From the NCBI GenBank assembly GCA_051382295.1, contig JBBCAW010000053.1, positions 1-64,000 on the forward strand: a stretch of 64,000 bases of DNA, written 5' to 3'. The translations under genes and the position numbers were made by a program. The DNA comes from Bdellovibrionota bacterium FG-1. Its GTDB lineage: Bacteria > Bdellovibrionota > UBA1018. A model generated the notes under the pieces. That model saw nothing but the letters and a program-made list of their open reading frames with translations, had not been told where the DNA came from and did not search any database. Shown here piece by piece: positions 18,391 through 28,666 of the stretch (positions are counted from its first letter, which is position 1; the number at the start of each line of letters is the position of its first letter).

Positions 18391-20274
18391 TCACTCGACC
18401 GTCACGCTTTTGGCCAAATTACGAGGCTTATCCACGTCAGTGCCTTTGAGTGTCGCTAATTCATAACTCAACATCTGCACCGCGACGGTCGTCACAAAAG
18501 GCAAAAGGCTTTCATGGATGCCTCTGGAAAACTCCTCTGGCAACGGCACCCAGAAGTCGCACAAAGATTGAAGCTTCGAATCCCCCCAATCACCAATGGC
18601 TAACACTTGAGCCCCTCGGGCCTTGACTTCCTCAAGATTGGAAATGGTTTTATCCCGCCAAGAATCATGAGGGGCTAGCACCACCACCGTCATAGCTTGA
18701 TCAATCATCGCAATGGGCCCGTGCTTCAATTCACCCCCCGCATAACCCTCGGCATGAAGATACGCGATCTCTTTCAATTTAAGCGCGCCTTCGAGAGCGA
18801 TCGGAAACTGATAACCACGCCCGATAAAAAAGAAGCCCTTCGAAGAGGCCAAACCCTTGGCAGCCTTCTTGATACTGAGCGAGAAGGCCCCCCCCGCGTC
18901 CAAGCCTTGGGATAAAAAATGAGGAATATGGATCAAATCTTCAAAGGCCTTGGAAATTTCCTGAACTTTTTCGCCATTATTGCCTATATAACGCTTCAGT
19001 CCCAGATACCCGGCCAACAAAAACAAGACCAACATCTGCGCAGTAAAGGTCTTGGTGGCCGCCACCCCAATTTCCGGGCCAGCCGCAGTATAAAACACCG
19101 CATCCGCTTCGCGCGAAAGAGAAGATCCTCGCACATTGGTAATTCCCAGAGTCGGTATTCCCTGAGCACGCACCTGACGAATGGCCGCCAAGGTATCAGC
19201 GGTTTCACCGGATTGAGTCACTCCGATCACCACATGACCAGGGCTCAATACCGGATCACGATACTTAAATTCGCTGGCAAGCTCAACACTCACCGGAATT
19301 CGGGCAAATTTTTCGAGCCAATATTTCCCAATCAAGGCCGCGTGCCAAGAAGTGCCACAAGCAATCAAAGTGAGTTCTTTGGCTTGATCCAATATTTGTA
19401 CCGCAGGCTGACGGGCCAGCGGAAAAGGATCCGTGTGGGCACGATCCAATAAGGCATTCAGCGTATCGACAATCGTTACTGGCTGCTCATGGATTTCCTT
19501 AAGCATGTAGGTCGCAAACCCCTGCTTATCCAATTTATCGAGCGACCATTCGAGGTGCGTCGACTGACGTTGAACCGGACAGCCCGTTTTAAGATCGTAA
19601 AACACCATTCCGTCACGTGTGCCGACCACCACATCGCCATGCTCCAAAAACACGACATCTCGAGTCACCTCAAGAATCGGCTGGCCATCGCTCGCCAGGA
19701 TAACCCCGCCCTGAGGATCATTGGCTGCCACCATCGGAGAACCATTGCGAACTCCGATGATTTTACCTGGCTCGCGTTCGGACATCACGACGATGCTGCA
19801 CTGACCCTCGAGCTTGGAAAAGCTCTTTCGAACGGCCTCTAAAAGAGAAGCCCCGCTTTCCATCTCATCAAGCACCAAAAAGCCAAATAGTTCACTATCG
19901 GTTTCAGACTGCGGAAGATGGCCCCGCGCTAAAAGGTCTTTTTTAATTTCCAGGTAATTTTCAATAATTCCATTATGCACCAACACCACATGCCCCGCTC
20001 GGTGAGGATGGGCATTTTGCGTGGTAGGCTTTCCATGAGTCGCCCAACGGGTATGTCCAATGCCGCACCAGGAATCGCGAAACAGGGGGGCTTCTCCATT
20101 CAGAAGCTTTTCAATATTTTCAAGTCTTCCTTGGGATTTTCGAACTTCAATTTTTTCATTTTTAAAAAGGGCAACCCCTGCGGAATCATAGCCCCGATAC
20201 TCAAGGCGTTTGAGGCCCTTGATCAAAATATCTACGACAGGCCGATTTCCGACATAACCTACTATTCCGCACAT
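18391..20274 (-). CDS. glmS: Glutamine-fructose-6-phosphate aminotransferase
   Basis: MCGIVG, GHTRWATHG, PRNLAKSVTVE. Confidence 0.98.
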   Translation of the reverse strand: MCGIVGYVGNRPVVDILIKGLKRLEYRGYDSAGVALFKNEKIEVRKSQGRLENIEKLLNGEAPLFRDSWCGIGHTRWATHGKPTTQNAHPHRAGHVVLVHNGIIENYLEIKKDLLARGHLPQSETDSELFGFLVLDEMESGASLLEAVRKSFSKLEGQCSIVVMSEREPGKIIGVRNGSPMVAANDPQGGVILASDGQPILEVTRDVVFLEHGDVVVGTRDGMVFYDLKTGCPVQRQSTHLEWSLDKLDKQGFATYMLKEIHEQPVTIVDTLNALLDRAHTDPFPLARQPAVQILDQAKELTLIACGTSWHAALIGKYWLEKFARIPVSVELASEFKYRDPVLSPGHVVIGVTQSGETADTLAAIRQVRAQGIPTLGITNVRGSSLSREADAVFYTAAGPEIGVAATKTFTAQMLVLFLLAGYLGLKRYIGNNGEKVQEISKAFEDLIHIPHFLSQGLDAGGAFSLSIKKAAKGLASSKGFFFIGRGYQFPIALEGALKLKEIAYLHAEGYAGGELKHGPIAMIDQAMTVVVLAPHDSWRDKTISNLEEVKARGAQVLAIGDWGDSKLQSLCDFWVPLPEEFSRGIHESLLPFVTTVAVQMLSYELATLKGTDVDKPRNLAKSVTVE

Positions 20275-21716
20275 ATCTTTTCACGCAGCTTTCGCGCGTA
20301 CCCCTCTTTAGTAACCTGGCGCGCTCTTGCGATCGCCAGGGCGTCAGCTGGGACATCTTCGGTGATTGTCGACCCGGAAGCAACGTAAGAACCTCGGCCC
20401 ACGCGCACAGGAGCTACCGTTTGGCAATCGCTCCCCATAAAAACATCATCCTCAATGATGGTCCGATGCTTGCGTGCACCATCGATCACCCGTCCATCAA
20501 AATTACACGTCACGAAGCCACACCCGATATTCACATGATTTCCGACCGTAGCATCACCCAAGTAGGACAAGTGCGCAACACTAGTATGGTTGCCAATTTG
20601 AGTCTTTTTCAGTTCCACATAATTGCCAATTTTTGAGTCCGCCCCCACCACAGACTCCGGCCGCAGATGAGCGTAAGGCCCCACTTGAGCACGAGGGCCG
20701 ATCACGGACTTTTGGGCCACAGTCCCCGCCTTAAGATGAGCGCCCTCACCGACGTCGACGTCCTCAAGAATCACATGAGGTCCAATCGTGGCCATCGTGG
20801 CCACTCGCGTTTTCCCCGACAAGATGACGCCTGGACTCAAAGTCACTTCGACCGCAAGCTCAACTGAGGAATCCACCCAAGTACTGCCCGGATCCAGGAC
20901 ATGAACCCCCTTAAGTGCCCACCCCTTCAACACCCGATCATTCAAAATTCGTCGCGCCTGAGCCAATTCCCATGGATCATTAATACCGCGAAGATCTTGT
21001 GGCTCAGACCAGGGCAAAACCTCGGTTTTCTTTTTGGCTTTGGAGGCCTGAGCTACTAAATCTGTAAGGTAATACTCACTTTGCGCATTTTTATTAGAAA
21101 GTCGGTGCAAACCAAAACGCAAAAAAGCAGCTTGAAAGGTATAAATCGAAACAGCAACCTCACGGATCATTTTTTCGCGCAGATTAGCGTCTTTTTCTTC
21201 AACAATTCGTAAAACAGCACCTCGGGAGCCCCTTCGTACGACTCGTCCATAACCCTTAGGATCTTCAAGTTCGACCGTCAGCAATCGCATTGCATGTTTT
21301 TTACCAAGCGGCGCTAACATTTCTTGCACCAGTCGCGCCGAAATCAACGGCAAATCACCAGGCAGCACCAAAACACTGGCTCGTTCTTTGATCCGGGCCT
21401 CACCCCAAGGCGAATCCATCGCGCAACGAGCCGCATGTCCGGTTCCTCGTTGTTCGGGTTGATGGATAAACGTGATTTTCATGCCAGAAAAAGCGACCTC
21501 TGCGCGTACGACCGCCTCCACTTGCTCACGCCCGTGTCCTACCACAATCGCCACAGGACACAGAGGCGCGATTTCGCGGACCCGCTGAAGAATATGGAAC
21601 AACAGCGGCGCCCCGCCCATCTGGTGCATGACCTTGGGCAAAGAAGACTGCATCCGCTTGCCCTGGCCCGCCGCCAAAACCATGACCCCAAAAGAGAGCG
21701 CTTCGTGTTTTGCCAT
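20262..21716 (-). CDS. glmU: Bifunctional UDP-GlcNAc pyrophosphorylase/glucosamine-1-P acetyltransferase
   Basis: LAAGQGKRMQSSLPKV, EYYLTD, hexapeptide repeats, HLSYLGDA. Confidence 0.96.
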   Translation of the reverse strand: MAKHEALSFGVMVLAAGQGKRMQSSLPKVMHQMGGAPLLFHILQRVREIAPLCPVAIVVGHGREQVEAVVRAEVAFSGMKITFIHQPEQRGTGHAARCAMDSPWGEARIKERASVLVLPGDLPLISARLVQEMLAPLGKKHAMRLLTVELEDPKGYGRVVRRGSRGAVLRIVEEKDANLREKMIREVAVSIYTFQAAFLRFGLHRLSNKNAQSEYYLTDLVAQASKAKKKTEVLPWSEPQDLRGINDPWELAQARRILNDRVLKGWALKGVHVLDPGSTWVDSSVELAVEVTLSPGVILSGKTRVATMATIGPHVILEDVDVGEGAHLKAGTVAQKSVIGPRAQVGPYAHLRPESVVGADSKIGNYVELKKTQIGNHTSVAHLSYLGDATVGNHVNIGCGFVTCNFDGRVIDGARKHRTIIEDDVFMGSDCQTVAPVRVGRGSYVASGSTITEDVPADALAIARARQVTKEGYARKLREKICAE

Positions 21717-22009
21717 GATCAAAATGGGGTAACAGGAAAGACGCCCCCGCTGCAAGCCCCAGTTTTTCAGACTGGTAGTCAAAACTTTGTCAATCTGTGT
21801 CCGCTACTACCCCCCCTCGGTTCCCCTTTTTTGACCTTCCAACGAGTGTTTCTCCAACCCGCATCATTTTTCTTGCAGGTTCTTATAAAAACTTATAAAA
21901 AATCTCCTCACCGCTAAGGATTGCGGTAAACTAGGTAGTCAGGTGGCCTACGCCCCGCGTAAAAGCAGGGCTTCAATAAAGAGTGACCCAGATTGACGAG
22001 GAGACTCAC

Positions 22010-22372
22010 ATGGATGCGAAGAATTTAGCTAGATATCGCAAGTTACTACTCGATGAAAAACAGCGGATTTTGAATAACGCAAAAAACGCGCTCAAAAACG
22101 AATTGGCGATTTCAACCGATGACCTTTTTGACGAAACAGACTTGGCCGCCAGCGAGGTCAATCAAAATTTAGTTTTTAAACTTCGAGACCGAGAACGTCT
22201 CTTGCTTTCAAAAATCGCTGAAGCCATGGCCCGGATCGAAGAGGGCACTTTCGGCGCTTGCACAGACTGTGAAGAGCCCATTGAAGTGCGAAGGCTCGAA
22301 GCACGCCCGATGTCTGATCTTTGCATCGCCTGCAAAGAAAAGCAGGAGCACCGCGAAAAGATCTACGCCTAA
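22010..22372 (+). CDS. dksA: DksA/TraR C4 zinc-finger transcription factor
   Basis: DETDLA coiled-coil tip, C..C...I...RLEARP...LCIACK; GAGGAG RBS. Confidence 0.9.
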   Translation: MDAKNLARYRKLLLDEKQRILNNAKNALKNELAISTDDLFDETDLAASEVNQNLVFKLRDRERLLLSKIAEAMARIEEGTFGACTDCEEPIEVRRLEARPMSDLCIACKEKQEHREKIYA

Positions 22373-22391
22373 GCCGACGACGCTTCGGACT

Positions 22392-22868
22392 ATGAATAGG
22401 CCACTCTGGATCCTACTCATCATCTTAAGTGGAACGATCCCGCTTGGGTTTCAATCACCCGTGGGCTGGGCAGCAGACCCAGCCCTAAAGCTGAAAGAAA
22501 TCCAAGAAGCTCAGACTCAAGCCGAGGAAAAGCACCGCCGCGAACTTCAGGAACTCGAACGCGGAGTTTCTGCCAATACCATCGACGCTGACCGGGCTAG
22601 CGAAAAGAGATTCAAGATCGAGCAGGAATACCGCCAACACTCGGAAGGCCTTGCAAAGGCGCAAAAAGACGCCATTCAAAATCTCGATACCTCAGGCCCC
22701 AATCCCCCTGCTCCGGCAGCAAAGCCTGTAATAGGTATCCACATCCCCTCACAATCAGTAATCACCTATCCGGTGACCGATCCATCCATCCCACAAACCG
22801 AAGAGCACCCGAGCAACGAAGGCGATGGAAAAAATGTAGGTTTAGGAGTCAAAGAACTCGAGTTTTAG
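22392..22868 (+). CDS. Hypothetical exported protein
   Basis: Signal peptide MNRPLWILLIIL..., coiled coil, Pro-rich tail. Confidence 0.55.
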   Translation: MNRPLWILLIILSGTIPLGFQSPVGWAADPALKLKEIQEAQTQAEEKHRRELQELERGVSANTIDADRASEKRFKIEQEYRQHSEGLAKAQKDAIQNLDTSGPNPPAPAAKPVIGIHIPSQSVITYPVTDPSIPQTEEHPSNEGDGKNVGLGVKELEF

Positions 22869-23518
22869 TGAGTCCCTTCAGGGGTAAGGGTAACCGGGGC
22901 ATCCACCGAAACCTCCACCTCGTTGGCCATCGTAATTCCGGCAAACGTGGGAAGGTTAATCTGATAATCCGTAACTAATAACGTGAAATCAGCGTGAACC
23001 TGAGGCTGAGCCTCGTTCATGCTGATTGTCAACTTCCCCTGCACGGGATGATCCACTCCGTGAAACTTCAAGGAGCCTTGAAAGGGCAAGGCCTCAATAT
23101 TCCTTTTCGCCCTCAATGCCTCATACGTCACATCCAGCTTTTGAATCGCTAAGACCGCTTCAGGAAATTTAGCGATTTCCAAATATCGCTCCTTCATATG
23201 CCTATCGCGCATTCCGATTCCGGAATCCAAGGTCTCCAACTTAAAGGAAATCAAACCAGACCACCCGGCCGCGCTCCAAAGTAAATCGCCCTGAGGCGTT
23301 CCGCCAATACCCACAATTTTGATGGCGCTGGGTTTTCCGATCGCCTTAAATCCCACTTTTCCGCCTTCGCCACCCACGTGAATTTTCCAGAACATATCCG
23401 ACAGAACCGCCGTACTGGGTGTCGGACTAGGTGCACCAAAAACTAAAGAACCAGGCAGGAACCCGAAAAAAAGCCCCACTACCCCTACTGCAAAGATCTT
23501 GAATGGACACCTGAACAT
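22865..23518 (-). CDS. YceI family lipid/isoprenoid-binding protein
   Basis: LDSGIGMRDRHMK..YL...KFP, G.L.FHGV..PV. Confidence 0.85.
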   Translation of the reverse strand: MFRCPFKIFAVGVVGLFFGFLPGSLVFGAPSPTPSTAVLSDMFWKIHVGGEGGKVGFKAIGKPSAIKIVGIGGTPQGDLLWSAAGWSGLISFKLETLDSGIGMRDRHMKERYLEIAKFPEAVLAIQKLDVTYEALRAKRNIEALPFQGSLKFHGVDHPVQGKLTISMNEAQPQVHADFTLLVTDYQINLPTFAGITMANEVEVSVDAPVTLTPEGTH

Positions 23519-23529
23519 CACTCCCCCTT

Positions 23530-24636
23530 TTACAAATAAAAGTGCAACATAGCCCAACCCATCTGACTCCAATGAGTTTGATCGATCGGATTTTGTTCGT
23601 AAGACCACTTAAAATCCAGCTCCCAGTGAGGGCGAGGAAAAGCTTGAAAACCCACCCCATAACGGGCGATCCGCGTGCTTGAATCGCCGAAATCAGGTCT
23701 CGCCCATTCCTGGGTTAAATAGGCATGCAACCCCTGGATGAACTCCCAATCGAGCCGCTGATAATCAAATGCACCCCATTGACTCTGATATTGAAAATCA
23801 AGCTCGGCTAACCAATACAAACGAGAGGTCAAACCTAGCACAGCGTGCGACCCTAAAACGTGCCGTCCGCCAGAATCATTTTTTCCATAAAAATAGCCAC
23901 CACCGACCTCAAAATGATCGGTCGGGTACACCGAGCCACGAAACGCCACCCCTCTTTCAGCGACTCCCTGAGTCCCGATCGTGAGCCCATTGGATTTAGT
24001 TTCCACTCGTTCAAACTTTCCGAGAACCGCGGTACCATAAACACTGTAATCATCCCTCAGACGTGAGTACTCAAGATTGTAGGTATCGCTGCCCTCGTCC
24101 CAACCCAGATTGCGACGAGTGACCACCGTATGTTCGGGAATATTGACCCCGAAGGCCGGGAAAAATTTGCCGAGCCGTAAATTTGAATCTTGATCCAAAC
24201 GAAACATCACAAAATGGCGCGAATCCACTTCGCCGTCCACAAAACCCAGCTCAAGATCAAAAACCCAAGTTCCCAACTCGTAGGAGGCCTCCAGGTCTGA
24301 CTGCATCAAGAACAAACGTTTTTCGCGGTACCTGGGATTATCCTTATAGGTACCCATAAGACGGGTATCCCCACCAAACAAAAGTTTTTCCGGGATCGTA
24401 TCTTTGAATAAACCATAGATCAATTTACCCTCATGCTCTCCCGATGCGGTGCTCAGAATCTCTTGAGACAGTTCCCGTCCATAGGCCGTCAGCACCCCTC
24501 CCCCCGTCGGCGCCAAATGGCAGGAAGTACAGTTCACATACCCATGCCGGATCATCCCAGGAAAAGCCCAGCTCGGCATAGGAAGCGCCCAACAAACCAC
24601 CGCCAGAAAAAAAATCTGAATAGGATGCTTTGTCAT
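23530..24636 (-). CDS. Monoheme cytochrome c-porin fusion (Cyc2-like architecture)
   Basis: Signal peptide, CTSCH near the mature N-terminus followed by GGGVLTAYGR, beta-barrel-like remainder ending LHFYL. Confidence 0.7.
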   Translation of the reverse strand: MTKHPIQIFFLAVVCWALPMPSWAFPGMIRHGYVNCTSCHLAPTGGGVLTAYGRELSQEILSTASGEHEGKLIYGLFKDTIPEKLLFGGDTRLMGTYKDNPRYREKRLFLMQSDLEASYELGTWVFDLELGFVDGEVDSRHFVMFRLDQDSNLRLGKFFPAFGVNIPEHTVVTRRNLGWDEGSDTYNLEYSRLRDDYSVYGTAVLGKFERVETKSNGLTIGTQGVAERGVAFRGSVYPTDHFEVGGGYFYGKNDSGGRHVLGSHAVLGLTSRLYWLAELDFQYQSQWGAFDYQRLDWEFIQGLHAYLTQEWARPDFGDSSTRIARYGVGFQAFPRPHWELDFKWSYEQNPIDQTHWSQMGWAMLHFYL

Positions 24637-24992
24637 TAATTTTCCAGCGCCCCCGCCTGAATCCAATCATGAATGGCCTGAATTTCCACATCCGAAAGTT
24701 TGGGAGAGCGCGCAGGCATGCTACCCGAGCTCACCTCCCGATAAAATTGACTCGCCTCAGGGTTTCCTTTACGAACGATATCCAACGTTCCGGCATAAGT
24801 TGCCAGGGACGTATGACATTGCAAGCACTTAGGCTGAATCGTATTTTGCAAAATGGACGAAAACGTCGGATCCACCGGAACCTTGAACTCTCGCGAGCCG
24901 CAAGCTTGCGTCAAAAAACCTGCAGTCACCCACACAAGAATAGCCAAATTTTTCACAGCTCCCGATCCTACGCCCTGAGGTAAAAAACTCAA
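24636..24992 (-). CDS. Small c-type cytochrome lipoprotein
   Basis: TQAC lipobox-like motif, CLQCH, G.MP....L....I..WI..GA; real start probably ~24956. Confidence 0.75.
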   Translation of the reverse strand: MSFLPQGVGSGAVKNLAILVWVTAGFLTQACGSREFKVPVDPTFSSILQNTIQPKCLQCHTSLATYAGTLDIVRKGNPEASQFYREVSSGSMPARSPKLSDVEIQAIHDWIQAGALEN

Positions 24993-25117
24993 ACAAAATC
25001 AACCCTTCAAATCAAACTGTCGTTTTCCCCAAAAAGACCTCAAGGGTCCCTGAATTTCGGCCGAATCGTTCCTTGAGAGTAAATTGCAGCTTATCATCTG
25101 CCTGAGGAGGCAATGGA

Positions 25118-27577
25118 ATGGTTACCAACTACGACGGCGAACAAGTTGAAATCCCACAAAATCTTCCAATGTTACCGGTGAGAGACATCGTTGTTTTCCC
25201 CTATATGATTATCCCGCTTTTTGTCGGGCGCGATTCATCCATCAAGAGCGTCGAGGAAGCCCTTTCTCGCTCTGACCGGTTGATTTTGCTCGCCTCACAA
25301 AAAGAGATTAGTGATGAGCATCCTGCTCCCGAGGGAATTTATAAAACGGGCACTGTTGCCATGATCATGCGGATGCGCAAGCTCCCCGATGGTCGCATCA
25401 AGATCCTCACTCAGGGACTATGCAAGGCGAACATCGAAAAATTCACCCAAACAGAACCCTTCTACGAATGTAAAATTGATCGCATTCCCGAGCCAACAGC
25501 ACCGAGCCGCACCGAGGCCGAAGCCCTCATGCGCACAGTGCGTGAACAACTGGAACGCGTCATTGGATTAGGCAAAGTCCTCACCCCAGACATTCTCATG
25601 GTTTTAGATGATATCCATGACCCAGGCCGCTTGGCTGATCTCGTCGCTTCCAACTTAGGTCTAAAAGTCGCTGACGCCCAAGCCATCCTTGAAACACATG
25701 ACTCTGTTTTGAGATTGCAGAAAATTAACGACATTTTGACCAAAGAAGTCGAAGTTCTTTCGATTCAGGCCAAAATCAGGTCTCAGGCAAAAGACGAGAT
25801 GACCAAATCGCAAAAGGAGTATTTCCTTCGCGAACAAATTCGAGCCATCAAAAACGAGCTAGGGGATAACGACCAAAAAGGCGAAGAACTCGGTGAACTC
25901 AAGGAAAAAATCGTCAATTGCAAAATGCCTCCCGAAGTTGAAACCGAGGCCTTTAAGCAACTGGGACGCCTTGAACGCATGCATCCCGATGCCTCCGAGG
26001 CCTCCATGCTGCGCACTTACATTGATTGGTTGATCGAAACTCCGTGGAGCAAGCAAACCGCGGACAACCTGGACCTGACTCGCGCAAAACAAATATTGGA
26101 CGAGGACCATTACAACCTCGACAAGATCAAAGAACGCGTTTTAGAATATTTGGCCGTGCGCAAGCTGAAGGACAAAATGAAAGGTCCGATCATTTGCTTT
26201 GCGGGCCCGCCGGGGGTCGGCAAGACCTCCTTGGGTAAATCCATCGCACGGGCACTCGGACGCGAATTCGTCCGCATCTCGCTCGGAGGAGTCAAAGACG
26301 AAGCCGAAATCCGCGGGCATCGCCGCACCTATGTGGGTGCACTTCCCGGCCGAATCATTCAGGGAATCAAGCAAGCCGGTACCAATAATCCGGTCTTTGT
26401 TCTAGACGAAATTGACAAGCTCGGCAGCGATTTCAGAGGCGACCCCTCGGCCGCTTTGCTCGAAGTTCTCGACCCCGAGCAAAACTACTCTTTCCGTGAT
26501 CACTACTTAAACGTACCGTTTGACCTGACTAACGTCATGTTTATTGCGACTTGTAATGATCTATCGACGATTCCGTCGGCCCTTCGCGACCGCATGGAAA
26601 TCATCCATCTGTCTGGTTACACGCAGGAAGAAAAGCAGTTTATCGCGAATAGATATTTGATACCCAAACAAATCGTTGAAAATGGGATTACGCCAAACCA
26701 GATCGAGTTTTTACCCGACGCAATCAAATCGATGGTTGATGGATACACCCGAGAAGCTGGCCTGCGTAGTCTTGAACGCCTTGTCGCAACGGCCTGCCGA
26801 AAAACGGCACGACTGGTTGCGGAAGGAAAAACAGAGAAAACGACCATTAACCTTGAGCAAGTCTACAAATTTCTGGGACCAGCTCCCTTCTCCCGCGAAG
26901 AGGAGCAAGAGCGGGATGAAGTAGGCATTGCCACCGGACTGGCCTGGACTGCCGTAGGAGGAGAAATCCTCTACGTCGAAACCACGACTATGAAGGGAAA
27001 AGGCAGCATCATTCTCACCGGACAGCTTGGCGACGTCATGAAGGAATCCGCCCATGCGGCCATGGGTCTGATTCGATCGCGCGCGCAGGACTTTGGAATC
27101 GACGATGAACTGTTCTCCACACGGGACATTCATATTCACTTTCCTCAAGGGGCCATCCCAAAAGACGGGCCTTCTGCCGGAATCACCATGGCTTCGGCCA
27201 TCATTTCGAGTCTGACGGGCATTCCGATCCGCAAGGATGTTGCCATGACCGGCGAAATTACCCTGACGGGTAAGGTTCTCCCGATTGGTGGCCTCAAAGA
27301 AAAAGCGCTCGCCGCGATGAGACATGGGATCAAAACCGTGGTCATTCCGGACCGGAACAAAAAAGACCTCGAGGACATCCCCCAGGAGTTCAGGGACAAG
27401 CTTACCTTTATCCCTGTCAAGACGATTGACGATGTTCTTAATGTGGTACTCACGGATAAGTTGGTCACCAACAAGCCGCGACACCCCGCTGGCGCCACCA
27501 GCGGACGTGACCAGCGGGAAGGAACAGTGCCCAACACGAAAAATCGCAAAAAGGTTGCCGCCGCGGCAGCGGCCTGA
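25118..27577 (+). CDS. lon: Lon protease
   Basis: GPPGVGKTS, DEAEIRGHRRTY, PKDGPSAG, IGGLKEK. Confidence 0.98.
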   Translation: MVTNYDGEQVEIPQNLPMLPVRDIVVFPYMIIPLFVGRDSSIKSVEEALSRSDRLILLASQKEISDEHPAPEGIYKTGTVAMIMRMRKLPDGRIKILTQGLCKANIEKFTQTEPFYECKIDRIPEPTAPSRTEAEALMRTVREQLERVIGLGKVLTPDILMVLDDIHDPGRLADLVASNLGLKVADAQAILETHDSVLRLQKINDILTKEVEVLSIQAKIRSQAKDEMTKSQKEYFLREQIRAIKNELGDNDQKGEELGELKEKIVNCKMPPEVETEAFKQLGRLERMHPDASEASMLRTYIDWLIETPWSKQTADNLDLTRAKQILDEDHYNLDKIKERVLEYLAVRKLKDKMKGPIICFAGPPGVGKTSLGKSIARALGREFVRISLGGVKDEAEIRGHRRTYVGALPGRIIQGIKQAGTNNPVFVLDEIDKLGSDFRGDPSAALLEVLDPEQNYSFRDHYLNVPFDLTNVMFIATCNDLSTIPSALRDRMEIIHLSGYTQEEKQFIANRYLIPKQIVENGITPNQIEFLPDAIKSMVDGYTREAGLRSLERLVATACRKTARLVAEGKTEKTTINLEQVYKFLGPAPFSREEEQERDEVGIATGLAWTAVGGEILYVETTTMKGKGSIILTGQLGDVMKESAHAAMGLIRSRAQDFGIDDELFSTRDIHIHFPQGAIPKDGPSAGITMASAIISSLTGIPIRKDVAMTGEITLTGKVLPIGGLKEKALAAMRHGIKTVVIPDRNKKDLEDIPQEFRDKLTFIPVKTIDDVLNVVLTDKLVTNKPRHPAGATSGRDQREGTVPNTKNRKKVAAAAAA

Positions 27578-27583
27578 CCCCCC

Positions 27584-28666
27584 GTGAGCGCAGTGGAGTT
27601 CGTAATTTGCGCAGTGCTGGTGTTTACGGCCAGCTATCTTTCTTCTGCGGAGATTGCGCTCTTTAGTTTGTCGCGGTTTCAACTTCGTTCACTCAAGGAG
27701 CGATTTCGACCCGCACATCGAAAAATCAAACGACTGCTGGCCGACCCCGGCGGGCTATTAGTGACGATTTTGGTCGTTAATGAAATCGTGAATATCGCGC
27801 TTTCATCGATTATTACAAAAACGGTTTCGGCAATGCCACTGCCGGCGTTTTTGCTCTCACTGCATATTCGCCCATGGGTCCTGACCACGGTACTCGGGAT
27901 GCTCCTCACGGCGCCGATTATTCTTTTTCTCTGTGAAATCACGCCAAAAATAATTGCCGCTAGCGCCAATCGCCTCATTGCGCCCCTCACCGTGGGTCCC
28001 CTTTCGTTAGTCTACGACGCCCTGAAGCCCATTCGATGGCTTCTCAAATGGATCATCGCTGCGGTGGGCCGTTGGAATAACCAGCCTTCCCTGATCTTGC
28101 CAACACAAAATGGGGCACACCCAGAAGAAGAAACGCTTTTGCGTGAATCGGACTTTTTATTGATGTTAGAAGAAGGACTTAAAGAAGGGGCAATCCAACA
28201 AGGTGAATTGGATTTGATCAAAAACGTTTTTGAGCTCGATGACCTCTCCGTTCAGGATATCTTTACGCCCCTCTCCCAAACCCTATCGCTGCCAGAAAAA
28301 ACCACACTGAAGGTTGCGCTTGCAACTATGCGCAGCCAGAAATTTTCAAGAATTCCTATCACTGGAACCCACCGAAAAAACGTAGTTGGCATTCTTTACT
28401 CCAAGGATCTCCTACGGGCCAAGCTTGAAACGGATTTAATGACCCACACCATTGACACCCTCATGCGCAAGCCCATGTTCGTCCCCCCAACCCTGCGGCT
28501 CAACGCGCTTTTCAGAAGGTTCAAGCAACACAAGACCCATATGGGGGTGGTGCACGGAGATACGGGCGAAGCCATAGGCATTGTTACCATGAGTGACGTA
28601 CTTGAGGCCCTTTTTGAAGATTTCCTTCCAGATGAGGATGAAGAGCTGGGCGAGGAGGAACTCTAA
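27584..28666 (+). CDS. CNNM/DUF21-CBS (hemolysin C-like) protein
   Basis: SSAEIALFSL, CEITPK, FSRIPI, CBS pair. Confidence 0.88.
   Translation: MSAVEFVICAVLVFTASYLSSAEIALFSLSRFQLRSLKERFRPAHRKIKRLLADPGGLLVTILVVNEIVNIALSSIITKTVSAMPLPAFLLSLHIRPWVLTTVLGMLLTAPIILFLCEITPKIIAASANRLIAPLTVGPLSLVYDALKPIRWLLKWIIAAVGRWNNQPSLILPTQNGAHPEEETLLRESDFLLMLEEGLKEGAIQQGELDLIKNVFELDDLSVQDIFTPLSQTLSLPEKTTLKVALATMRSQKFSRIPITGTHRKNVVGILYSKDLLRAKLETDLMTHTIDTLMRKPMFVPPTLRLNALFRRFKQHKTHMGVVHGDTGEAIGIVTMSDVLEALFEDFLPDEDEELGEEEL

Noticed and set aside
26711..27682. 323-aa minus-strand ORF
   Set aside because: Antisense shadow of lon with no recognisable motifs; the same applies to most short overlapping ORFs in the track
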